This document shows, piece by piece, positions 1 to 11,000 of a stretch of DNA of 64,000 nt. Numbering within the stretch: position 1 is the first letter of the stretch; each line of letters begins with the position of its first letter. The position numbers were made by a program, and so were the translations under genes. The notes beneath the pieces are model-generated. The model saw nothing but the letters and a program-made list of their open reading frames with translations. It did no database searches and was not told where the DNA came from. Source of the stretch: Gnetum montanum (Eukaryota > Plantae > Gnetophyta); the NCBI GenBank assembly GCA_015680685.1, contig MNCI01001153.1, positions 215,582 through 279,581 on the forward strand. Reading direction: 5' to 3'.

Positions 1-472
1 CACAAAAAGTTACCACTATAGAAAATAAAAGCTATGGTGGCCAAGTGTTTATCCAATAAATTTCCTATAACCTTTTCATATAGATTATTATTAAAACTTA
101 AATTGTGACTATATGCCCATATTAATATATTTTTTATGTTATAACTTTGGGCATGGCATCGATTAATAAAACCTTTTTCTTTTTAAAATAAAATCAGGGT
201 TAATACAAGATGATGATTTGATATTGTGCCGTGTGCTTCTTCTCCCTCTTTTACCTCCAGCAACCGGACGTTCCCAAATCCACTCCTACAGTCTTACAGG
301 CATGCTTCCAGCCACTATGATTGCTGTTGATATTGAGACTGGCTAATTTTTCTTGCTTGATTTCCTCAAGTCGTTTCAGTTCTTCATTTTCTGTACACGG
401 TGCTGTTTTCGGAGGCCCCCTCTTCTGACCGCCATGACCGTGTGTTGTGTTGGTGTTTAATGATAGTGATAG

Positions 473-766
473 TGCTGGATCTTGAGCTGAACATCATGGA
501 TGAGGAGCGGATCTCCGCTACGGATGGATTCCAGCCACTCGAGCCAGTTCTCTAGCTTCGGTAGGTCCGGGAAGTAATCACGTTCCATGATTTTCTCGAT
601 CATTGTACATGTCCTCGTCCAGTACGCTTTGCAAGCTTTTGTGCTTCTTTAATGGTGGTGCCTCTAGCAACAATTTGCTCCTGGAATCCACGCCTGTGGT
701 GGCTAATGGCAACGATGACGGCGAGGGATCTATGTGCCGCGGTGAATGCCCCAGGGAGGCCAACAT
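473..766 (-). pseudogene. ESS2: 5' fragment of splicing factor ESS2/DGCR14 homolog, frameshifted
   Basis: Minus strand reads MLASLGHSPRH...VLDEDMY, then after a frameshift at ~601 IEKIMERDYFPDLPKLENWLEWLESIRSGDPLLIHDVQLKI. This matches the plant ESS2 N-terminus (GHSPRH...VLDEDxY...IEKIIERDxFPD..KL..RLxWLEA...GDP..IRDAQLKI). Similarity is lost after ~473. Confidence 0.85.
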
Positions 767-782
767 CTTGTGAGATCGAAGT

Positions 783-806
783 TAGGGTTTCGATATACTA
801 GGGTTT
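783..806 (-). promoter_or_regulatory. Two telo-boxes (AAACCCTA) in the 5' leader of the ESS2 fragment
   Basis: tagggttt at 783-790 and 799-806, 17-40 nt upstream of the ATG at 766. Confidence 0.6.
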
Positions 807-1140
807 TTGAAAATTGCAGAAACCTTCAAAGTTTTCTGAAATGCTTTACTTGTTTCTTTTGGGACTTCGCCTGTTTGCAGAAAGAAGCGAGCACATGGAA
901 AAGCAATGAATCTACCCTTGATTTGGTGCGTCCGCTGGGAGAATGGAGAAGATGTTTTTCTGTTTCGTCCGTAGTACATAGATGTTTGAGCTCAGTTGAA
1001 AGCATTTTTATATTTCAGAGTATTAATTCATACTGCGTTCCTGAGCAATTCGATTGTTGGTTACGATGTCGTACTTTTTGAAGTTTGATTTTTGAGAACC
1101 GATAAAACCTTTGGTAGGTCATTGAAATCAGCTTTTTCAT

Positions 1141-1452
1141 TTACGGAAAATTTGAGTTGCAGTTTATTTGCACTGCCACTCCATTGGCGATGGGCAATTT
1201 TCGTCTAAGGTTTTCAGAGCTTTCAGAATTCACAAATGATTCCTGAGGGACACGGGCTTTAGAAGCCAATGTTTCACAGCCAATTTCTTTCGCAACATCC
1301 TTGCAGGTAACTAGAAGATCATTGATGGACAAAGAAGGATCAAGGCATTTATCCTTGCTCAAAAATTTTCTAACACGTGCTGCCTCACCTGTGCCTAAAG
1401 CTTCCTTGCCAATATTGAGACACTTAACTACATCGTCCTTATTACCATCCAT
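1141..1452 (-). pseudogene. N-terminal fragment of a DnaJ49-like (DNAJB12/14-type) chaperone gene; no J-domain
   Basis: MDGNKDDVVKCLNIGKEALGTGEAARVRKFLSKDKCLDPSLSINDLL matches the plant DnaJ49 N-terminus (MDGNKDDAxKCLxIGKEAL..GD..RAxKFL.KA.RLDP.L.IDDLL). No HPD motif follows. A splice acceptor CTTTCTGCAG lies upstream (AG at 1528-1527). Confidence 0.8.
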
Positions 1453-1724
1453 TATCACAAAAACCATGACTTACTTCATAGTATACTTCACAAAGTTTCC
1501 CAAGGTAAATATTTAATTAGTTGCTTCTGCAGAAAGTACAGGAAGATCAACCAAATTTCGATTTGGATATAATTCTGAAGAAAAAAATTAGTAGACGCTA
1601 GGGTCTACTAATTTTCTAAATTCAAACCCTCCATCTTCTTAAGATGAATCAGGTGATGGAAAAGCGCACATCCAAGCCACTTGGATTTGATGGTAAGAAA
1701 GAATAAACGAGATGGCCAATTCTG

Positions 1725-1801
1725 AATTCTTATACTACAAAAACCTTTAATCAATTTTATCATTTCAACCTATTCCATGAAATGGCCAAAATGTGCCAAC
1801 A
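1725..1801. repeat. ~75-bp terminus shared with ~7970-8037 (ends ...TTCCATGAAATGGCCAAA(A)TGTGCCAACA)
   Basis: Direct repeat of the motif. The copy ending at 1801 truncates the Tat RT just after DRYKT. Confidence 0.75.
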
Positions 1802-4262
1802 GTTTTGTATCTATCATTCTTGTCTACCACGATTTGATTATAACCTGAGAAACCATCTAAAAAGAATATACTTGACAACCTGAGACTTTAATCATCATCT
1901 CATCAATTCTTGGAAGTGGATACTTATTCTTTTTTGAAGCATCATTCAGATTTCTAAACTCTACACAAAGCCTTATATCACCATTTTTCTTTCTCACTAG
2001 AACAAGGTTAGCAAGCCATGTTGAATATCGTACTGGATATATATGATTCGTGCTTGTAACAACTTCTTGATTTCGGTTTCCATAGTTGGTTCAAATGATG
2101 GATTGAATTTCCTTTGTTTTTGCTTGACTATTTTACAACCTTCTATTAAAGGAATTTTATGTGTCATCACATCGTACCTAAAAGCTTTAAGATCATCATA
2201 AGACCAAGCAAAATTTCCCAAATTATTTCTTAGACATGATAACAAATTTTTCTTGAAATTTGAATCTCTTTCCTTTGTAACATTCAACATCTTTGGCATC
2301 CTTTCTAATCCAAAATTCACTACCTCGAAAGCTTCACTATCTGAGTTTTGTATATCCTTTCCAGTAAGTAAATTCTTTTTAAAATCATGTTCCAAGTCAA
2401 TGATCCTTTTTGGAATGAAATTAGCTTTGGAATTTGATGACGTTTCAGGTATTACTTGACCCTCAAATTCTTGTTTGTTGTTCATAAATCTTAGTACTTG
2501 ATCATCATCTTCAAATACTTGTAAATGTCTTATAGTATCTGGTACTAATGGTTGATGTTCTTCTTCAATCATTACATCTTTGTAACTTTCTATTATTTGC
2601 ATATCCAATGATGAAGCTACCTTTGCCAAATCATCTGCTATAAGATTCTCTGCTTTGTTTATATTCTCTATTTGGCAATGTTGAAATTGATCTAACATCT
2701 TACAAGCAATTTGCTTATAAGGTCTTAAGAATCAGCTCTTTACTACATAGTTACCCTTTACTTGTTCACAAACTAATCTTGAGTCTCCTTTTATAGTGAT
2801 TACTCTGATCTTTTTGTCTAGAGCTATTCTTATACCAATACATAAAGCTTCATACTCAGCTTTGTTTTTAGTACAAGGGAAAGATAGAGGAATTGCTTTG
2901 AGAATTTCAGGTGAATCATTCTTGAATATAACTATACTAACTCCTGCACCCTTTGAATTACATGAGCCATCAAAGTATAACTCCCATTATCCTCATTCTT
3001 TGATTGTTCCTTTTCAAAACTATAATTTTCTTGGAGTGTACAAATTTTGTTCTCAACACCTCCTTTTTCAGCCATTTTACTTTTTCCATTTGAAGTAATG
3101 TTATCAATCATCAAAGGTTCACTATAGATGTAGATTTGATTTGGTTCTCCTTTCCAAGGTAGCCACATGTGAGAATAATCTATTGATATGTAACCTAAGA
3201 AATTATTGCTTCAACTTCTACTCAATAAGAGACTATATGAATCTGGTATATTTTCCACTTGAATAGTTACTCTACTTCTAATGCAGGTTTCAAAAGCAAT
3301 TTCCAATAGAAAATTTGGTAATTGACCCACAATCTTCACTCTACTTTTATCCACTTGAATAATCTTTCTATTTGATTTTTCGAGAATCAAACCAAGTTTC
3401 TTACATATAGACAATGGAATTATAGTAGATGTAGCTCCAGAATTAATCAAACAATTGTGTAAGTATTTATCTTTTAATTTTGTTGTCAAAAGAAAAGGAG
3501 GAGCTTCCTTATCTTAAGAGGTCTTTAATTTCTCATCATTATTAGACACATAACTTAACTCTGATTCTCTAACTCTCCTTTTACCTTTAATGAACTCTAA
3601 ATCCTTTCTTTGCTGATCTCCTATTTGAAACAACTAATAAAAGCTAATATTGACCTTGACATGTTTAAGGTCTTCAATCAAATCATACTCTCCATCACCA
3701 ATAAAGCTTGGTTTCCTTATCCATTTATTAAAAGACTGATTTGGAGTGCTTTGATCTACTTGATTGTCTTTGCCTTTATTCTTATGTCTTCTATTTGGCT
3801 TAAAATATTTTCTCTTAGTAGATGGATCAGTAATAACATTTGGGGGTCTAGAAGTAGTTAATATTTCTTTTTATCAGAGACTATATTCATTTTCCTCATT
3901 ATTATTACATTCTTCATCCAAAGACATATCTTCTTTAGAACTTGATAGAAAAGAAGTATCACTTGATCCATTGCTAAAAGATTTACTTGCATAATGAACA
4001 CTAGATAACTCATTATCAGATTCAATATCAAGAAAGTTGGATACAATAAGGTCACTTTCATGCTCATCTTCTGCTAACTTAGTGTCTTAATATTTATGCT
4101 TTCTATTTTTCCTTTCTTCCTTGATACTAACTCTTGCCAAGGATTTTTCAAGATTCACTATTTTGTTTGACATATCTCTCATTAATTGTCCTTTTTCAGA
4201 TCCTACTCTTTCATGTCCTTGCTCTATCTTAACATAAGATGGACCTGGTAAAGCTTTAAATT

Positions 4263-5149
4263 NNNNNNNNNNNNNNNNNNNNNNNNNNNNNNNNNNNNNN
4301 NNNNNNNNNNNNNNNNNNNNNNNNNNNNNNNNNNNNNNNNNNNNNNNNNNNNNNNNNNNNNNNNNNNNNNNNNNNNNNNNNNNNNNNNNNNNNNNNNNNN
4401 NNNNNNNNNNNNNNNNNNNNNNNNNNNNNNNNNNNNNNNNNNNNNNNNNNNNNNNNNNNNNNNNNNNNNNNNNNNNNNNNNNNNNNNNNNNNNNNNNNNN
4501 NNNNNNNNNNNNNNNNNNNNNNNNNNNNNNNNNNNNNNNNNNNNNNNNNNNNNNNNNNNNNNNNNNNNNNNNNNNNNNNNNNNNNNNNNNNNNNNNNNNN
4601 NNNNNNNNNNNNNNNNNNNNNNNNNNNNNNNNNNNNNNNNNNNNNNNNNNNNNNNNNNNNNNNNNNNNNNNNNNNNNNNNNNNNNNNNNNNNNNNNNNNN
4701 NNNNNNNNNNNNNNNNNNNNNNNNNNNNNNNNNNNNNNNNNNNNNNNNNNNNNNNNNNNNNNNNNNNNNNNNNNNNNNNNNNNNNNNNNNNNNNNNNNNN
4801 NNNNNNNNNNNNNNNNNNNNNNNNNNNNNNNNNNNNNNNNNNNNNNNNNNNNNNNNNNNNNNNNNNNNNNNNNNNNNNNNNNNNNNNNNNNNNNNNNNNN
4901 NNNNNNNNNNNNNNNNNNNNNNNNNNNNNNNNNNNNNNNNNNNNNNNNNNNNNNNNNNNNNNNNNNNNNNNNNNNNNNNNNNNNNNNNNNNNNNNNNNNN
5001 NNNNNNNNNNNNNNNNNNNNNNNNNNNNNNNNNNNNNNNNNNNNNNNNNNNNNNNNNNNNNNNNNNNNNNNNNNNNNNNNNNNNNNNNNNNNNNNNNNNN
5101 NNNNNNNNNNNNNNNNNNNNNNNNNNNNNNNNNNNNNNNNNNNNNNNNN
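4263..5149. other. Assembly gap (Ns)
   Basis: Run of N. Confidence 1.
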
Positions 5150-6289
5150 GCGGTTGTGAAAAATGAAACAATTGCATTGTGTGTAAACTATAAATGACTT
5201 ATCGTAAAGAGATTCAGCCAACTTTGCCAAGTACTATGAGTTGTTGAGAGTTCCTATTTTTTTCAATTGCTTAGTCTACGTGGTTCTTATAATACATACT
5301 TGTAACAAATAAAATTTTGTGAAAACATTTGTGTACAACTCTGCAAATCTACTTCTAGTTTTCCCCAGAGAAAGAGATAGTTCCACAAGAAAACTAGAAA
5401 TAGAGCAAGATTCAATGGAAATAGACAAAAAGAAAGCATATTTTTGTTAAGACCTCAAATGTTTAAACAAGGTAAAATGATACAAGTAAACACTTCACAA
5501 TAAAGCTATCCAAAATTTAATAACTATGAATTGTTCAAACTTCCAAGGCTCAAATAAGCAATTTCTTCAAGACAATCCTACTATGCTACAAAAAAATTGT
5601 TGCGTAAACTATCACGTACGAGACTCCATCTTGGCTAGATAATGCACGTCAAAAATTGCATTTAACAGAACCTTCAAAAGACTTGAAAATTTCTAATTGA
5701 AATACCATGGAGATTCACTTTAAAGATAAAATAAGTTATTCTGGTCCTATCAAAATACCAAAGATTTTCTGAACCCTCTTGACTATTGAATTGTTCGACG
5801 GCTTGACTACAAGTAGAGGCTCTCTTACAACAATCTCAATAGCAATTCTTATACATTGCACAATAATAAAATTCACTCCTAAAATACTCTTAAGACTTTC
5901 AAACACAAGTGCTCCTATGGAAAAATTTTAATAGAAATCTTCCATCGTACAACAAGAACAATAAGAGCAATCTAAAAATCCCAAAATTACTTGCCAAGCA
6001 TGATACTATGTAAACCACTAGCTAAACAATTTTAAAAAAATAAAAAACAATAAGCATAACTCACAGGACTATGACAAAGAGGCTGAAATCTTCTCTTTAT
6101 CAAGTCATCTTACAAGCAATCTTTCACAATTTCTTTTACAAATGCTCTTCCAAGACCCAAAGTGTGTCTCCAAGTGAGAGCTCCAATCCCAAAGTGTGTG
6201 ATCCAAAGTCCTCCACTTTCTTCTAACCCTTGAAGCCTTTTTATAGGTTTCAAAAGGTAGTTAGATTCTAAAATATCTTAACTAACTTC

Positions 6290-6385
6290 TCTCCCAAGTA
6301 AGGAAGTTATAACTTTCCCAACAAGTTAGGAGATATTACTTGCCCAACAAGTTAGGAGATTACTTGCCCAACAAGTTAGGAAGTT
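6290..6385. repeat. Short tandem repeats (CCCAACAAGTTAGGA core, ~22-25 bp) in the LTR U3
   Basis: Three to four copies of cccaacaagttagga. Confidence 0.7.
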
Positions 6386-6643
6386 GTATCTTATACATAA
6401 AGTTTTGGAGAAAATCATGCTAACATTAACATGTTTAAATATTATAAATATTGCTTTTATAAGCAATAGCCTATAATAATTTATTATTATTATTTAAAAT
6501 AAATCCAAGATCCCCAATTTATTTTAAATATTTTATTTAGGATTTTAATTACTAAATATCATCACCCACCATGTATAAAGCCTTAGTAATTTTTATAGAT
6601 AGGTGGTAGTAAGAAAATAATGCAACATCCACCGTAGTGTAGA

Positions 6644-8037
6644 TGTTGGTGGTGGCGACTGTTGATTTTTGTAAGCTTATATAAATAAATTATTTGCATT
6701 TGCACTTTGAACCCATGTAAAATTTTTTGTTGGCCTCTTTGGAAAGATGATTTTTGCTTGAAAAAAAAATTAAATCTGGTGGTGGCTCAAAATATGAAGT
6801 CTGAATGTGAAGGTGCTAGGCTTGGAACTACTAGCAAATAGTTTCAAATTATCCCGCCCTACCAGAACCGTATATCAACTACCACCGTGAAAGAAGGCTC
6901 TGCCACCGCGTTCGGTAATGTTTCCGTGTGTTCTATAAAAAATTGTGGCTGTTGTAACCTTTGCTTCTTACAAATGCTCTTCCCTTGCTGGAAACCAGAT
7001 CAAATATAGCCTGTTTCTCAAAGATTTTGAAGATAATTACAAATCGCTTCCCCTAAGCTCCCAACAACAGCTTTCCACATTTGTTGCAACCTTACCCAAG
7101 AACGCACCTCCTCCCCAAATCGAAGAGCATCAAACACACTTGCAGAATACTAAAATGAGGTGAAGAACTTAAGCTTTGAACAACAAGGTGTTCTAACATG
7201 GAAAATGCATCCTTGGGTGGCTAGATCTCAAAGCCCTTTCGAGACTTCTCGACTACTACCCGTGCCTCTTGGCTACCTTGCCTCCGATCGTATACCAAAT
7301 ATGAACATTGATGATGTGGAGTGATAGCAGTAGCTACAGAAACTATTTCAACACCACATCCGAGCATGAATTAGGTCAATGCCAAGGTCTGTTAGCACCG
7401 TTAACAGCTCTCACATGCACTCGAGTCGAAAGACACTCTTTACAGACAGCAAGAACCTCAAATAAAACACTGTTCGGGTCTGATTTTTCTAAGACAAGCA
7501 ACAGACAGACATATCCAAATATCGAGATGGCCATGGCATGTGCCAGATAAAGAGGTGCATCCAAATACAAAGCAGATCTGAAACTCCAGGCAAGGTGCCA
7601 AGTATGGCAAGGTGAAGAGATTGACCTTAACGACACATATGTGTAATCCAAAAAGGTGGCCTTTGATCCGCCACTTTCCTTCATTGAACCATTTTTATGA
7701 TGTCCCATCTTTGTTTTTTATTTTCTTTTTAAATTTATTTAAAACCAATGAAACATATTGGTATCCTTGTTACTATTAGTACTATGAATCCTATCAGGAT
7801 TTTTCAAAGCTAATTTGATCTCGTAAGACACTTCTGGTTCCCAACTCATCATAAGATTTGTATTTACCGACATCCTACATTTGGTATCTCTTTGCATTGC
7901 TTTATTAAGAGATGAAATTTCCTTTGTTACTACAGAGGCCTTCCTTCCTTTTGTTTGTGTTACAAACAGAAATTTTCTAACTACATAAACTTTTAATCAT
8001 GCCAACCTGTTCCATGAAATGGCCAAATGTGCCAACA
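6644..8037. mobile_element. Candidate second copy of a gene-fragment-carrying element
   Basis: Ends in the same ~75-bp terminus as 1725-1801. The left end may be TGTTGG at 6644, near clustered CCACC/GGTGG motifs. The interior is less AT-rich and gene-like but unidentified. No TSD found. Confidence 0.4.
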
Positions 8038-8059
8038 CTAAAATATTCTCCAAACCTAC

Positions 8060-11000
8060 AGGTGTAAATTGGAAGGTAAGGATACAAGCCTAGGTGCTTA
8101 AAACCTTGACCATGCAGATGAAAACAATAAACACTAGGTGCATGAGATACATCCTAAATCTAGGCCTTATAATTAACTTGCAAAACACCATTGGATGATG
8201 CATAAAATCTCCATGATTGTGTAAAGCTAGTCCCCATAGCTTTAAAGACTAAGAAACAAGACTAGAACTAGACATGTTACATGATCAATGTAGAGGATTA
8301 TAATGGATAGATATACATACCATGACTATATTACAATAAAGTACAAGCCACCTCATCAAGAAGTACTAGGAGGTGGTGGGTGAGAGAAGAATCTCTAATG
8401 TTGTACTTCTAGATTTATCATGCTTACTCAAAGCTATCAATTCTCCTTATACATCAATCCTTTCTCTTGCAAGAGTGCTTGTCTCCATTTTTTAGCATCA
8501 ACCTCGAACTAGTCATAGCTCCTTTTAGCTTGCAAAATCTCATGCTAGGCTACATCTAGTTCAACCATCACTCAATGAAATTTCTATTTTACCTTTACAT
8601 GTAGTCTACTTGTAGAAGTTTAGAGTACATAAAGATACCTCTTTTGTTCTTCCTACATGTCTTCTATAACTTTTTGGAGTCTCCTCTCAAGGATAGTAAT
8701 ATCTACGTCATAACAAAGAATGTACATGCTCTCTAAGAAGTCCATTTTCTCTTATAGGGTTAGTTCACTTGTAGCCATTTTGAAAAGTTTTTGGCATGCA
8801 AGGTATCATATATATCCTTTACCTCACACCTTTCTCCTATGATTCATTCATTCAATATAGCTACAAGATTAAGTATTCTATGCACCTCAACGTCCTAGGT
8901 TGTTTTCTCAATTCAATGGATTTTTCTAAGTTCATCAATTTCCCTAGTAGTCGTATCTGTCAACTTCTACTACAAGTTATAGCACTCCTTATCTATATGA
9001 AGGTACTTGTCCTAAAATTAGACCATGATATAACTTTCATCCTCTAACATTTATAAGAAAGGAAATGTAACAATTTATTCTTTTCTTGTCTGATTATTTT
9101 TTATTCTTGAGACTTATGCTTTAATATTTTGATTTGTAGCTCCATGTCATCTTTCATAAACATAGGTTCTTTAGGAACTTAGTGAACCTAGAATAGTTCA
9201 AATTGCATGTGATTAATTCATACCTCCAAAGTGATTGTGAAAGATGTAGGTACTAATGGTATAAGATGATTTAATTATTTGTGCAATGATTGTACCTCAT
9301 CTTGACTTCTCCACAACTCCTATAAATAGAATGTCCTATTAACATCGATGGTTTCCAACACAACCTGTACCTTGATGAGTTCAATATTTACTATATTGTT
9401 GATGTTCCTCAATAACAACTCAACACTAGGATCAACTCTTTGTTCCTCCTTCATCTAGTGGATATTCCTAGCTTGATTAATGAGCACTTGAAAGACTTTA
9501 GCTACATGCTAGATATTATCCATGTTGTGCCTTAATTGATCTGATGACAAAACACTCCATGAAGGCACAAAAGTGTGAGAATGAACAAGGGTATCAAAAT
9601 GAGCCATTAGTGGCTCATTCAATGACAAGGAAAGTAGAAAATATCCTCCCTTATTACTTCATCACACATAATGGCTTTCATTATTTTCAAGAAATTGCTA
9701 CCAAGATCTTACGATCCTTCAATGTGGATTGTGTCACACTACCCCTTACCTTCAATGTGCATTATAGGCTAAGAATTTTCATGAGGAAGGGGTACATATA
9801 TTTTCTTGATGTTGAAACTAAGAGGTCAAGAATTGATTAGCTAAGCCATAGCACTTATGTTCTCTAAGATGTTGTTGGTACTATTATTTGTTGTTGGCAA
9901 AGCTAGTTTGAAGGTTAAATACAAGAGATACCTTTGTGAAAGGCATCTTGTCCTCCAAGTCAATTATAGCTTCAAAAATCTCAAGAATTCATCTTGGAAC
10001 CACCATCATCATGTTCATCTAGTCCATCATTCCTACTATTGTGGAATATCTTCCCTCATGGTTGACTCTACCTACTAGTTCGTAGAGCTTTTAGCTTAAC
10101 TTTGGGAAGGCATAAACCTTCCTCTTATTTTTGGCCACATCTTCAATCTTCTAGATCAAGGTCTTGTAGAGGATATATGAGACATTGATGACATACTTTC
10201 CCCTCATCATTGCCACAACCTTGACCTCCCATGTAGAGATACCTAATGGTTATTTGGTGGGCACAAATTTGTGAGTAAAAATTTTGCACATAGCATTTTG
10301 TAGCAAGGGAAGCTTTGGCATCTTTACCTCAATTTTTTCCATGTCAAAGGCCTCAAGCATGATCCTCAACCTGATATTGGGCTCATTCTTTTGGATCCAT
10401 GGCCACTAGTTGTTTGCTAGTTTGTTTGAAAATTCTGTAGCCCATGAGATTACCCATGTTGAAATAGGCATAATAACTCCATTAACAAATGTCATTTTAC
10501 CATTGGTAGTAAGGGTTTAGTAGAATTCCTATGCCTCCTAATAGTAGTATGTGAAGGGTTGAATGATGTAGTTATAGAATCCTATCCTCTACAGTGACTC
10601 ATTAATCTTAAGAGGACCAAACTCAAGAAATTAATGATAGTTTTCCTCTTCATAAATGGGTCACTGAAGAACATGAGCATCCATATAATCTTGGATGTCA
10701 TCTACCTCCTCTTCATCATCTTTTGTCAACTCCTCCAATACATTTTTGATTACTTGTTGACGTACATGCTCTAAACTTGAAGATCAAGAATGTGTCTACC
10801 TATTTCTTGATGTACTTCTAGATGGATGCCTTTCTAAAGTAGGATCTATGGGCTTGGTAATAGGACCTATAAGTTTCAAAGTAGGGGATCTAAGTTCTTC
10901 TTCTTCTCTCTCCTCAAGAATTAGTGGTTATCACAAAGATCTGTAGATAGAGGCATTAGATTTTTGAACCTCAATCCTCCTTGGCTAATAGAGCTTGGAT

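Larger units (their letters stand above)
1802..6627 (-). mobile_element. Truncated Ty3/gypsy Tat-type LTR retrotransposon (5'LTR-gag-PR-aRH-RT), interrupted by an N-gap
   Basis: Probable LTR start TGTTGCA at 6627, with TATAAAAAGG at ~6246 on the minus strand. Protease LINSGAT at 3211-3489. RNase H WELYFDGS...NKAEYEAL...KGDSRLV at ~2620-2990. RT FAWSYDDL, WLANLV, LCVEFRNLN, YPLPRID, FLDGFSGYNQI at 1802-2240. Many stops and frameshifts. Confidence 0.85.

Noticed and set aside
782-979. SKAFQ as a remnant of the DnaJ J-domain
   Set aside because: Only five residues match, with no HPD and no surrounding similarity.
4224-5230. Long ORFs of 317 and 324 aa
   Set aside because: Artefacts of translating the N-gap.
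6945-7708. Named gene assignment for the ORFs here
   Set aside because: Gene-like composition, but no motif I can recognise.
6644-8037. Clean solo LTR (TGTTGG...CCAACA)
   Set aside because: The flanks GTAGA and CTAAA are not a TSD, and the interior does not match the other copy of the terminus.
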